Numbered from the stretch's first letter, positions 11,540 through 23,650 are shown. The stretch is DNA of 53,587 nt from Octopus bimaculoides (GCF_001194135.2 NC_068993.1:25395383-25448969), one strand, 5' to 3'. Notes: generated by a model from the letters alone, not told the origin. Program-made: numbers and translations.

Positions 11540-12010
11540 GCTAGGACACTCTATAATGAAATCCATTGGAAAGATAATCCCAAGGACAAAGAAATAAAAA
11601 CCTACAGTATAGTAGAAGCCACAGCCACTCATAATAAAAAGGAGTACTGGTGGAATGTTCCAGTAAAGACCTCAATAAAATGTAAATACAACAGACCTGA
11701 TATAATGATTTGGGACAGAGAAGAGAAACTGTGTACAGTTGCGGAAATTAGCTGCCCAGCAGATATTAACATAAAGCTGAAGATCAGTGAAAAAGAGAAC
11801 ACCTATGCTGAACTATTGAGAAATCTGCAGTTACTCTATCCAGATTACAAGTTCAGGTTTATACCTGTAATTATTGGGGTTCTGAGATATGTAACACTTA
11901 AATACCAATCTTCAGAAATTAGCCTTCTCAAAACCAGAACGGAGAAAGCTAATTCAAAAACTACAGATCCAATCCATCACTGTAAAAATCTGTAAAACTT
12001 TCCAGAAGTT
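11540..12010 (+). mobile_element. 3' fragment of an RLE-type (R4/CRE-like) LINE
   Basis: RPDIMIWD...EISCPAD...KENTY...IPVIIG fits a restriction-like endonuclease motif. Confidence 0.8.
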
Positions 12011-12699
12011 TATCATTTAAATAATATATATGAGCTTGTCTAGATATGCAACTATGTGCATGAGTACACATACATAAAGCAAAACATACAAATCTGCACA
12101 CATACATACATGCATGCATACATACATACATACATACATACATACATACATACATACATACATACATACATACATACATACATACATACAAACAAACAAA
12201 CAAACAAACAAACAAAAATACTCTGTTGCTGATGTTGAAATTCCATGAATGAGCTTTGAATCTAAGTTAGAAACCGGCTCTGTCTCTATTGGCAAGAAAT
12301 CTTGAAATAAAACTGAACATGCATGCATGCATACATACATACATACATTCATTCATTCATTATTATAAAACTTCAGTACAGCATTAGATAATCAGAATTA
12401 TCAATCGTTTACCATCAACCAAAATATTTGCTCTCACATTAAAGAGTACATTTTAGCAGTTCAGCAATGTGAAATAACAAAATAACTATCAAGGTCAGTA
12501 TCAAACTATAGATTATTGGGGCACTTAGTTACTTAACTAACTACCTCAGTACCAATTTGAAGAAGTTGGCCTTCATGAAACCAAAAAGGATACAGCTAAA
12601 TGGGGAATTGCTAATCATTAATGGAACTGTGAAAATATATAACATTCTGCATGTATATGTACACATACATAAAAGTTATTCAAGTTAAATTTGAAGATC

Positions 12700-13150
12700 C
12701 TTTTTTTTTGTCAAGAAAAGCTTGATGTATTGATAAACAGTCAATGGTATTGGAGAGCATAAAATTTAAAGTTGTAGTTGAGAAAAAGTTAGCTGACATA
12801 GAGGAGTAGAAGCCATCTGAATATTGGAGAAGAGTTATCTGTATCCTGATGATTCATACAAGGTATCAAAATGCAGACACCATGATTGTTGCTCAGTGCT
12901 CTGTGAACACTGTAAAGGCTGTAAGACAAGGTATAGACAGATGCAATGGAGACTACATGGTTAGAGACACAGCAGGAAGAGACACAGCAGATGTTCATCC
13001 AACAATTGATGAACAGGACCTTAGACTCAATTCATATACCTGAGTGAGACGGTTGGAGACTGTTGTCAAACCTTGGATGGAAAAGGTTGCTGAACACTCG
13101 CTGCTTACCCTGTGTACTCAGTATTATATCAAGTAAAACTAATCCCTGTA
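12700..13150 (+). mobile_element. Internally deleted Tc1/mariner (maT/DD37D-like) element
   Basis: CSVNTVKAVRQ (HTH-like) fused to LRLNS...LETVVKPWMEKVA; right end CCCTG followed by TA. Confidence 0.65.
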
Positions 13151-15050
13151 TATCACAAGAATGTTGTATTGTATGATTTTAGTTAGCATGTTTGTTGTTG
13201 TATTCCTCTCGGGAACTTGCAGAGAAAACACGAGTTGTACAACTTAATCATTACATTTATTTATCAACCATAACAAAAGACTCACTTGCCGAATGTTAAT
13301 TATCAAGAAATGTTTGTGTTTACAAGAATGTTTTCCTCGCCATATCTCTCAATCCAGTTCAACTTCGACAGTCATTCAAAACAGCAACGAAAGAGGGAGC
13401 TCAGACAAACTATATTGAAATATGGGACTTCAGACGAACAACAAACAAATCTAACAGTCCATATAACATTTGTCTTTGTTGTTTCACATTTAGACCATTC
13501 TTCCAGAAGTGGAACTTTATCTGGAACACTGAGAAACTCTGCTATTGGAAGGTTGTGGATTATTTTTCTTTACTGGAGAATGATGAGCAGAAAACAGTTC
13601 TTTTCATATTTCACGGTAGGCAACCAGGGTCACCGAAAGTGCAAAAAAGAATACAAGAGTTATGGAATGGAGTAGGAAAAATCTGGGCTACATATGTTTC
13701 ATAGTTAGTGGAATCTTAGAAGTGGCAAACTCCAAGTGAGGTGTATACCACTGGCTACTCTTCAGGCCAAGGGTATCTTGATTAGATTAAAGGCTACGTT
13801 GTTGCAAGGAGGTACATATTGACACAAAGACGATTCAATCAGAATTTTGTGTGTATATATATATATATATATATATTATTTAAAGGACACAGTACATGTC
13901 TTTCATATCTCAAACATATTCTTCAGACACAAACCTATACTGAGACAATAGTTTGGATATTTCTATCTTTAATCAATTAGGCCTTAAAATTACAGTAGCT
14001 ATTAATCTATTGTTGATTATTTAGATGTTTCCTTAGATCTAAACTCCTTCTCATATAAACCTTTCCATAAGCTTAATGAGAAACTTGCATATATACATAA
14101 ATAGTCTTGTCACCCTCCAGTAATATTTAAAAACCTGATAGCTAATATTAGTAACAAAGTGTCTAACCTCTTCCCCTAAAGAAATTTTCAAGAAAGCTGC
14201 CCCCATTCTAACAATGCCATAGCCAATAGTGGCTTCAAAGATAAATTAATATATAATCTCTCTAATGATAATCAAAATATTAATAATAGATTTAGTGTCA
14301 TCAAAAATGAAGTCATACATATCTCCTCTAGTATTAATCAGAATAATAATAATAAGAAAAATAATAATAGGCCAAGGAAAATTATTTGGTTCCCTGCTCT
14401 TTTTTCCCTTAATATAAAAACTAACATAAGTAAAATATTCCTGTCACTCCTTTCCAGCCATTCACAGATACAGGAAAATATTTAATAGGTGTTCTGTGAA
14501 ATTGTCAAATAGCTGCTGCCCCACTATGAAGAGTATCATTACACGTGGTCAATATCAAGAGCCTAAATCCAGTTGCAACTATCACAGTCCAGGATCCTGT
14601 CCACTTGACCAATGATGTATGATTAAATCTATCATATATGAGACAAACGTTAATGAAACTCTGAATAATTATACAACAGATAAAATCTATATTGGATTAT
14701 ATGAAGGAGAATTTAAAAATTGCTATGCCAATCACATAGCCTCCTTCTGACATAAGGACAAAAGCAAAGCTACTAAGTTGGCTAGCTATGTATGGAGTTT
14801 GAAATATAACATAACACCACGTGTGATTAAATGGAAACTAATTGAGAAATCCATATCTTATGCCAATGAATTGAATAAATGTAGGTTTTGTTTAGCTGAA
14901 ACAGCATTGATCCTGTTCAGATCTAAGATTCCTAGCTCTCTACTGAACTTTAGGTCAGAAATTTTCAGCAAACATATGTATAAATACATTTTGAAGAATT
15001 GGAAAATTCCGCCTGTTCCCAATTAACCTGTTAATATCACTTCAGCCTTA

Positions 15051-15252
15051 ACGTTAGCATACCAGGTGAAATGCTTTGTGGTATTTCATCTGTCTTTACG
15101 TTCTGAGTTCAAATTCTGCCAAGATTAACTTTACCTTTCATCCTTTCAGGGTCAATAAATTAAGTACCAGTTGCATACTAGGTTGATCTAATCAACTGGC
15201 CCCCTCCCCTAAAAATTTCGGGCCTTGTGCCTAGAGTAGAAAAGAATATCTT
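15051..15252 (+). mobile_element. SINE family B nested in the Penelope element, 10-bp TSD TTCAGCCTTA
   Basis: TSD at 15041-15050 and 15253-15262; CTTTCATCCTTTC-GGGTC-ATAAA-TAAGTACCAG central domain shared with many copies. Confidence 0.85.
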
Positions 15253-15454
15253 TTCAGCCTTATAATTTAAGGTCTAAAGGAGGATAACTCTTTTACCATC
15301 TTACTTCTTACTTTTTACATTTTAGTTTTTGTGTTTTCATTTTCCTTTTTTTACTTGCTGTGTTTTCTATATGCTACCTTCCCAGTTTTTTCATATTTCT
15401 TCTATTATTCAATTTTTTACTTTGTTATGATGTCATTTGTGCCTGAAGAATATG

Positions 15455-15532
15455 CCTACGGGAATATGGTGTAGTGGTTAAGAGCACAGGCTACTAACCC
15501 CAAGATTCCGAGTTCGATTCCAGGCAGTGACC

Positions 15533-15563
<31 letters not shown>

Positions 15564-15751
15564 TAATAATAACAACAACACCGAAAAATACCTTGGAACG
15601 AGAACCCAGGTTCGAAATTTCCCCAAGATACCTGATGAAGGCTGGAGGGTATATCAGCCGAAACGTTGTGTTAACAACAAACAAGATGAGGACAAATATC
15701 CGTCAAATGTAAATAATGTACATAATTTCTCATCTCTTAAATATAGAACTG
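15455..15751 (+). mobile_element. tRNA-headed SINE family D with internal (AAT)n and a 3' hammerhead motif
   Basis: A box TGGTGTAGTGG (15467), B box GAGTTCGATTCC (15510); TATG duplicated at 15451-15454 and 15752-15755. Confidence 0.85.
15627..15672 (+). ncRNA. Minimal type-I hammerhead ribozyme motif inside the SINE
   Basis: GAUAC-CUGAUGA-A-GGCUG..CAGCC-GAAA-CGUU^GUGUU; palindromic AACGUU stem III; stem I has two wobble pairs. Confidence 0.65.
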
Positions 15752-16251
15752 TATGTTTGAGATATTTCTCAACATATGAAACTATTAGTAGCACTTAAAG
15801 ACATGTATTGTGTCCTTTAAATAAATAATATCTCTCACCAGATTGAGTACTTCTTTTGTTGAACTTTCTATCACAGAACAGTACATTATATATATATATC
15901 ATGTGATCAACCAGATTATCGGATGTATGTTACACATCAATGGTCACAAAGCATTTGCATTCTTTTAGCTTTCAAATGATGCCACCCCTGGGGCATTGTA
16001 GACAAGCAGATCGACATTCACCCTGATTGGAAGGTTAGTCCATTGCAGGGTTACCCATTTACATCTGAGTGGACTGGGGCAACATGAAATGAAGTGTTTT
16101 TCTCAAGTACGCAATATGTTGCCTAGGCCAGGAATCAAACCCACAATCTAGTGATCAAGAGTGCAACATCCTACCCACTAGACCATGTAGCCTTACATAT
16201 TTTAGAGTTAAATTAACCCTTGCTCACTTAATTTCATTGTCTTTTTCACAG

Positions 16252-16383
16252 CAACCACAAAGCGTTCACCTTTGTTCACCTCCAATAATGGAGAGTAGTC
16301 ACTATATTACATTCCATAGCTGCCATCTCCGAAGATGGACTGTTACCTAACAGTCTGTTGAATCCGTAGCATGAAACTGATTG
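16252..16383 (+). other. Candidate spliced exon (mostly UTR; ATG AAA CTG ATT G at its end)
   Basis: ttcattgtctttttcacag| acceptor and TTG|gtaaga donor. Confidence 0.4.
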
Positions 16384-16551
16384 GTAAGATCAGCAGTACT
16401 GGATATATAATACTAGACACTTTGATTAATATACCCACTCTATTGACAAATATACAAGTGCATATTTTTTCTGACTTATTGATTTTCAGATGGCTATATA
16501 TACATATATATGTATATATAGCCATCTGTATATATGTATTCCAAATAAGTA

Positions 16552-16615
<64 letters not shown>

Positions 16616-16859
16616 TAGCTTCTACACAGTTTCTAGCAACTAAATTCACTCAGAAGGCATTGGTTGACCTGGTGCTATTATAATGGAACACACAAAACCA
16701 ATGTGTCACACAGAGGGATGGAACCCAAAACTATATGGTTGCAAAGTGAGTTTCTTAACCATAGAGCCATACCTGTGCCCTTATAAATTAGAAAGGGCTC
16801 AATCTTAATAATTTAATGAAAGCTACCTGTTTGGGAGAGAGAGAGAGAGAGAGAGCAAC

Positions 16860-17948
16860 CTTTTCCAAATAAAAATGCTATAGAGTAAAAAGTACTTGTG
16901 GCGCTAATTAAATCCTTCCTATGAAATGTCTAATTTTCTTGTGCACAAAGTTTGTCAGCCATTAACTCTAATGTGCTATCCTGACAATTCTTTGTTTTCA
17001 ACATTGAAGAGTTACATCATCACTTTCCAAAATGCAATTCATGGTGTCCATTTATATTGTGAGTTTTCTCCTATAAATCAATTTTTGCGAACCTATGGCA
17101 GTGGAAGCGGATATATCTCAAACTACATGTGAGTTAGCAGCAAGGTTTGATGTTTCGGTTCCAACTGTATCGGACCATTTGAAACAAATCGGAAAGGTAA
17201 AGAAGCTGGACAAGTGGAAACCACAAAAACTGAATGAGCATCAAATGACATGTCATCTTGAAAGTTGCTGTTCTTTGCTGCCACGACATAAAAGCGAGCC
17301 ACTTTTGCATTGCATCGTTGCATGTGAGGAAAAATGAATTCTTTTCAACATGGTGGTTGGATAGAGACAAAGTGCCAAGACACAATTCAAAAAAGAATAT
17401 TCACCCAAAAATGCTAATGGTGTCTGTTTGGTGGTCCAGCGCTGGTGTCATCCATTACAGCTTCATGAGACCTGGTAAGTCAATTACAGCGGATGTATAC
17501 ATCAACCAAATGTATGAAATGATCAGTGAACTTGCAATTAAACAACCAAGAATGGTCAATAAAGACAGGCCAATTGTCTTGCAAAACAATGCTTGACCAT
17601 ATGTTGCACAAAGAATGCTACTCAAGTAACAGGAACTGAACTTGGAAGTACTCTGTCATCCACCATATTCATCAGACCTTGCACCAACTGACTATCACAT
17701 TTTCCAGACATTAGACACGTTTTTGCAAGGAAAAAACTTCAAATCTGAAGAAGATGATGCAAAAACAGCCTTTTGTGATTTCATCACCTCTTGCTCTCCA
17801 GAATTCTTCACCGCTGGCATAAATAAGCTCCTGATAAAATGGCAAAATTTAGGTGTATTACTTAAATTAACTGCATTGCTTTTTGTTGAGATAAAGTAAA
17901 ATAAACTTTCAGTTCAAAATCGGACATTTCATTCTTAATGACCTGATA
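16860..17948 (+). mobile_element. Degenerate mariner, left end truncated
   Basis: WKPQKLNEHQ, HPKMLMVSVWWS, HPPYSSDLAPTDYHIF; right TIR-like end ..GACCTGA followed by TA. Confidence 0.9.
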
Positions 17949-18075
17949 TCTGAGCTATGATAAATATGTCCAGTCCACTTCTCAAATTATGGAAAAATAT
18001 AAAGCACATCCAGTTATAAAGTGGCTTCAAACCAGACAATTATTATACACAACTATGTCATCGAGTAAGCTTCTA

Positions 18076-19273
18076 TTAAGTTGGCAACTAAGTTCCTGCC
18101 ATTTTTTTAAAATTTAAATTTTTTAAAAGGTTTACTAAAAAATAACTAATTAATCAATAATGTATTCACCCTTGTTGTTTACAACTTCTTCCCAACGTTC
18201 ATCAAGATTTTCAATACCTCGTTGGCAGAAATCACCCGATTTTGACTCGAAAAATTGATCCAACCAAGCTCTCAATTCTGCATCAGTATTGAACAAAACT
18301 CCGCACATAGCATTTGAAAGAGATTGAAAAAGGTGGAAATCCATTGGTGCCAAATCTGGAGAGTACGGCAGGGGTGGCAGCACTTCCCAGCCATGCATTT
18401 GAATGGCTTCCTTGGTCATATTGGTGATATGAGAGGGGAGGGTGCGTTGTNNNNNNNNNNNNNNNNNNNNNNNNNNNNNNNNNNNNNNNNNNNNNNNNNN
18501 NNNNNNNNNNNNNNNNNNNNNNNNNNNNNNNNNNNNNNNNNNNNNNNNNGATAATCCCTTCCCAGTCCCACCATGTTCACAACAGCGTCGCTTGTTTACC
18601 GGGGCTAAGCCATTCCTTATGCTGCTTCATATTGATGTACAGGCACCATTTTTCGTCGCCAGCAATAATTCTGTAAAGAAATCGTTGCTTGTGTCCATGA
18701 GTTGAGCAGTGATGAGCAAGCAAACCAGCGGAGATTGTGGCTTGTTGATTTTTGTTGTTGTCACTTAAAGCATGCAGAACCCATGCTCCATACTTCTGAA
18801 CCTTTCCCAACGAGTGAAGATGCTTCTCTATAACAGTGCGGGAGCATTCCATTTTCTTTGCCAGTTCCCTTGATTGACGAGAATTTTCGTGCAAAAGTTG
18901 GTTTAATCACTCTTCATCGAACTCAACTGGACGGTCAAAATTTCCATTTTTGAACTTGGCATACCAAGCGGTTCTTTCAGCTATGGCACCCTCTCCAAAC
19001 ACAGTACAAATGTCGCGAGCAGCTTTTGCGGTCTTAGAACCTTGATTAAAAGCAAAAAGAAGGAGGTGTTGAAAATGCACGTTTTTCTTAACTTGACATT
19101 CCATTTTAATGATCAGAAAATAAACTAAATTAACTAAAATTAACTAGAAAAAAAACCAAAATAGATTAGAAAATGATTCAAAAATAGAATTCTCGAAAAA
19201 AATAGATTCCAAAATTTAAAAACAATAAATTCCAAAATTTAAGAAAACGGCGGGAACTTAGTTGCCAACCGAA
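18076..19273 (-). mobile_element. Full-length degenerate mariner (1198 bp) with both TIRs and TA TSDs
   Basis: TIRs TTAAGTTGGCAACTAAGTTCCTGCC and rc TTCGGTTGGCAACTAAGTTCCCGCC (22/25); WVLHALS, AGDEKW, PYSPDLAPMDFHLF; frameshifts. Confidence 0.95.
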
Positions 19274-20475
19274 TATATATTTGCTCAGTTTGAAGACAAG
19301 TACCCTGAACCCGCAGCCTATCATCTTGAGAAGGGAAATGACTCATTATATAATGTTGTTCTAGCTGAGCTTAATGCGAAACTCTGAGTAGACAATCAGC
19401 TTTTTATATATTAAAGATATCCATCGCCTCTACGCAATGTAACAAATTCTATATCAAATTTTTTTATATTACATAGAATATAATTTTGATGTAATTTTTT
19501 CACCTTTTACATTGCCACACATACGCACGCACGCGCGCGCGTGTGCGCGCACGAACAAACAAACACGCAAATACAGCTATTTTATTTAAATTACGTTACT
19601 AATAGCTCACTGCTTACTGGAGCCAGACTTTATGTTATCAAGAAAGATAACTTTTTAGGACTTTATGAAAGTTACTTCCCTTACCTGAGTTTTCACAAGA
19701 CGAACATAACGCTAGGTTGGCATGTCTTAAATTCTCTCTTATTAGACAATATCATAATACAAGAAGAAATATGATTTTTCTGAAAGCAAAATCTAGAATC
19801 TACCCACTTTCTGACAGAAAACTGGTGTTCAAAAGAGCTTCTTAGTATGTTAGGGACCCAATGAAAATCAAGAGTGGTGGGAGGTGTTTTAAATATGTCT
19901 ACCATTACCACAGTTGTTGGAGGGAGGTCGATAAAATACTGGGGCTGACGTAATCGATTAACTGCTTTACACTAAAATTGCTGGTCTTGTACCGAAATTA
20001 GAAAGTATTGTAACTGTATCTTTAATTTTTTTCATTGTTGCAGTCATTAGACTGCGGTCATGCTGGGGCAATGACTTGAAGAATTTTAGTTGAGTGAATC
20101 AATCCCAGTAGTCTTTTAAGCCTGGTACTTATTCTATCGGTCTATTTTGCTGAACCGCTAAGTTACAGGAATGTAAACACACCAACACCAACTGTCAAAT
20201 AGTAGTGGACACACACACACACACACCATGTTGTTGGGAAGCAAACTTATTACCACACAGCCATGCCAATGCTTACAGTCGACTTCTTTTATATTTTTAT
20301 TGATATTTTGGTTACCTCACAGGTAACTTAAATTGATCCCAGTATTTGAATGGTATTTTATTTTATTGACCCAGGAAAGATGGAAAACGAAGAGAACATC
20401 AGCAGGATTTTAACTCAGAACATGGAAACTTATTTCTAAATACTGACAATAATTTGGTCTGATGCTCCACCTTAC

Positions 20476-20490
20476 CAGTGGGCCTCTGTA
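20476..20490 (-). other. Candidate 15-nt micro-exon TACAGAGGCCCACTG
   Basis: ctgac branch-like site, ctttttttttcacttttag| acceptor, CTG|gtaagg donor. Confidence 0.5.
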
Positions 20491-20909
20491 CTAAAAGTGA
20501 AAAAAAAAGACAAAGTCAGAGGCCTATTTGATTGATGTATTTGAGAGTGTCTATGCTATTAATAAAATATTGTAGATATGGAGCTTCCAAATATTACAGA
20601 ATACTGGTGAAGTGAATTTAAATCAAATGAAAATTGACTTAGCTTCAGAATAAGTCCAATTATATCTTAACTATAAGTCATCACACTGTTTTGACATTGT
20701 GATGATCTATAGTAGTAAAGATGGTAGTATATATTAGTTGTAGTAGTGTATAGTAATGCAGTGCATATAGTTGTGATAGAGATGTACATTAGTACTGTAT
20801 AATAATGTAGTATGTACTATGGTTGTGATGATGGTGTATGCTAGTCGTGTATACCATAACTAAGATTATTACTCTCTACTCACTGCTTTTGTATGTCAAC
20901 TACTATAGG

Positions 20910-21265
20910 TTCAGGCATGACTGTGTGGTAAGAAGCTTGCTTCCCAACCACATGGTTTCAGGTTCAGTCCCACTGCATGGCAACATGGGTAAGTGTTTTT
21001 TACTATAGCCTCAGGCTGACCAAAGTCTTGTGAGCGGATTTGGTAGATGGAAACTGAAAGAAGACCATTGTGTGTGTGTGTGTGTGTGTGTGTTTGTTGG
21101 ATAGTTTACATCCTCATAACTTAGTGGTTTGGCAAAGAGACTGATAGAATAAGTACTAGGCTTAAAGAAGAAGCAAAAGAATAAGTACCCAGGGGTGTCG
21201 ATTCATTGCACTAGAAACATTCTTGAAGGCAGTGTGCCCCAGCATGAAACAAGCAAAAGATAAGA
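20910..21265 (+). mobile_element. Full-length SINE family A (tRNA head, (TG)n, tail); other copies at 16612-16770-, 20035-20270-, 29005-29385+, 30836-31250+, 49020-49180-, 50405-50590+, 51785-51990-
   Basis: TGTGTGGTAAG A-box-like and GGTTCAGTCCC B-box-like motifs; mutually alignable copies. Confidence 0.85.
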
Positions 21266-21414
21266 GGTAGTGGTGATAGATATTAGCCTTAGTAGTGTAT
21301 GATACTGTACTGTGTACTAATTGTGATGTGCTATATTAAATATAATGCAGATGCGTGTTAGTTGTGTAGAGTAATATAGTGTGTGCAAGTTGAGATAGAT
21401 GATGATGGTATGTA

Positions 21415-21620
21415 TTGGTTTCAAATTTTGGCACCAGGCCAGCAATTTTGGGGGAGGGACTAAGTTGATTAAATCGACCCCAGTACTTCTTTTATCAGCC
21501 CTGAAAGGATGAAAAACAAAGTCGACCTCAGTGGAATTTGAACTCAGACTGTAAAGATGGATGAAATGCCCCTAAGCATTTTGCCCAGCATGCTAACAAT
21601 TCTGCCAGCTCACTGCCTTC
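21415..21620 (-). mobile_element. SINE family B; other copies at 20325-20470-, 26880-27085-, 31270-31455-, 33335-33555+, 33740-33860-, 41860-42058-, 42100-42225-
   Basis: Shared GAAAGGATGAAA..AAAGTCGACCTC-G-GGAATTTGAACTCAGA core. Confidence 0.85.
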
Positions 21621-22384
21621 TATGGTGGTGGTATATACTAACTGTAGTTGTGTACAGTGTTAGCGAGTGTAGTGTGCTCTGGCTGTGATGGTCTATAATG
21701 GAAGAAATGATATACAGAGTATAGAGGAAGTTTTTCAGAGGACAAGGAGAATGTTATGACGGACGAAGTGGTATTCTAACACCACCTTTTGTATAAGGTA
21801 TTAGTGGCCTGTTTATTGCCATGCTACAATAACCAGCACTGCCGCTACCATCATTTAGCTCACTCTAAAGCTAATCTAACACAATTTCAGCTACCACTAT
21901 TCAATCAAAGCCCTGCTACTCCTTGATACTTCTGCATAACAACTACTATAACTAACATCATTGCATTCCTCTTTTTACTCTTGTACATCAACTACTATGA
22001 TTGCTACCACTACTTACCTATGCTCCTATGTATTATATACTTTAGCCTATACTCCCCTATACTCTTACACACTCTTTGATACTACAATAATTACCACTGA
22101 TATTTTCCTATAGACTTGCCTACTAATTATTATTCCATCTTCTCTAAAAACGACTACATTCATTATTCAGCTTCTATAACTACCAGCATACTGCTCATAT
22201 GCTCTACTTCCAGGTAATCAGGGCAGGGTGGGTTCAGTACCTTGTAGAAATCAGTAAATACCAACTTTTCTCTCTTCAGTTTAGAAACTGATGCTTCTAG
22301 TAATTCCACATTGTAAACAAACTATCAGGACTCTTGCAATAAAAATTTCACTGTCAACCAAAAAGTGAGAGAAGGAGAGAGAGG

Positions 22385-22424
<40 letters not shown>

Positions 22425-22504
22425 ATATACTAGAGGCATTATACATGTCCTTATTTCACAAAAGAGACTATTCTACAAGAAAAAGAGACTAAATGATGAC
22501 CACC

Positions 22505-23057
22505 ATCATCATCATCATCATCATCGTTTAACGTCTGCTTTCCATGCTAGCATGGGTTGGACGATTTGACTGAGGACTGGTGAACCAGATGGCTACACTA
22601 GGCTCCAATCTGATTTGGCAGTTNNNNNNNNNNNNNNNNNNNNNNNNNNNNNNNNNNNNNNNNNNNNNNNNNNNNNNNNNNNNNNNNNNNNNNNNNNNNN
22701 NNNNNNNNNNNNNNNNNNNNNNNNNNNNNNNNNNNNNNNNNNNNNNNNNNNNNNNNNNNNNNNNNNNNNNNNNNNNNNNNNNNNNNNNNNNNNNNNNNNN
22801 NNNNNNNNNNNNNNNNNNNNNNNNNNNNNNNNNNNNNNNNNNNNNNNNNGGCCACACTCAAAATGGTGTATTTTATGTGCCACCTGCACATGAGCCAGTC
22901 CAGCAGCACTGGCAACGATCTTGCTCGAATGTCTTTACACATGCCACTGGCACTAGTGCCAGGAAGGCGACACTGGGCACAGGTGCCATCACGATTTCGC
23001 TTTTGCTTGCCCCAACAAGTCTTCGCAAGCCAAGTTTCGTGTCCAATGAAGGAGAAG
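22505..23057 (-). mobile_element. RTE 3'-UTR-derived element (internal gap); similar copies at 23840-24110 and 29819-30120
   Basis: Matches the RTE 3' UTR at 4085-4517, including the (CAT)n tail. Confidence 0.85.
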
Positions 23058-23069
23058 TAAATAAAAAAT

Positions 23070-23650
23070 ACTGCAATAAGATTAGACAGCTGTGTGCTTT
23101 GGTTTTTTTAAAGAGCCATGTAATGCAGAATAGCACTAGGAAAATAGAAAATATTGATAGAAGACATTAAAAAAAGATGTGGGTAGGGTATTTAAGTAAG
23201 GTTATAATAAAAAGACAAAAGTATATAGCAGTGTCCATGGCCCTCATAGGCTTTTCATAACAAAGTGATGCTGGTAATGATTTGTGCAAGCTTGTGAGTT
23301 GACATCTTCAGTAAAAAGTAAATCAAAGAAGGAATTTCAGAAGGATGACATTCTAGGCGGGGAAGAGCTGGTAATAGCCATCAGTATGGGCCTGGTGAAG
23401 TTGAACATAACCTGGATGATGAGAGGTAAGATAAGTGAGTCAGGTATACTTGAGTGGAGATAGCATAAGACCAATCAACTCTGAGGAGCAGAGGCTATTG
23501 TAATTTCAGAGAGAGGAGGCATCATGTCTCTGGAACAGAGAGTGAAGTATGTTTATAAGTGACTTTAAATTGATCACTGGAGATGTAGCCTAGAATACCA
23601 AGAATACCAAAATTATCGGGTGAAAACTACACAATCAACTTGATGGTATT
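23070..23650 (-). mobile_element. Old CR1/L2-group LINE 3' fragment
   Basis: Minus-strand CTNHYQH...PWTLL resembles the R-T-x-x-Y-x-x-S-F...WNSLP C-terminal motif. Confidence 0.5.

Larger units (their letters stand above)
15439..15794 (+). ncRNA. Penelope pLTR hammerhead ribozyme motif, split by the SINE insertion
   Basis: After removing the SINE: GUGC-CUGAAGA-AUAUGUU(U)GAGA UAUU UCUC AACAUAU-GAAA-CUAUUAGUA^GCAC. Confidence 0.75.
13870..15830 (+). mobile_element. 5'-truncated Penelope-like element (RT C-terminus + GIY-YIG region + pseudo-LTR) with an inverted pLTR fragment at the 5' end; two nested SINEs
   Basis: LGLKIT...VDYLDVSLDL...KPFHK...HPP; KCRFCLAE...LLNFRSEIFSK; 13870-13932 is the reverse complement of 15436-15454 plus 15756-15830, with two deletions. 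Confidence 0.85.

Noticed and set aside
13104-13112. Minus-strand donor CAGG|GTAAGC
   Set aside because: Lies inside the maT-like remnant with no matching acceptor.
15461-15532. Functional tRNA gene
   Set aside because: No complete cloverleaf; it is the head of a TSD-flanked SINE.
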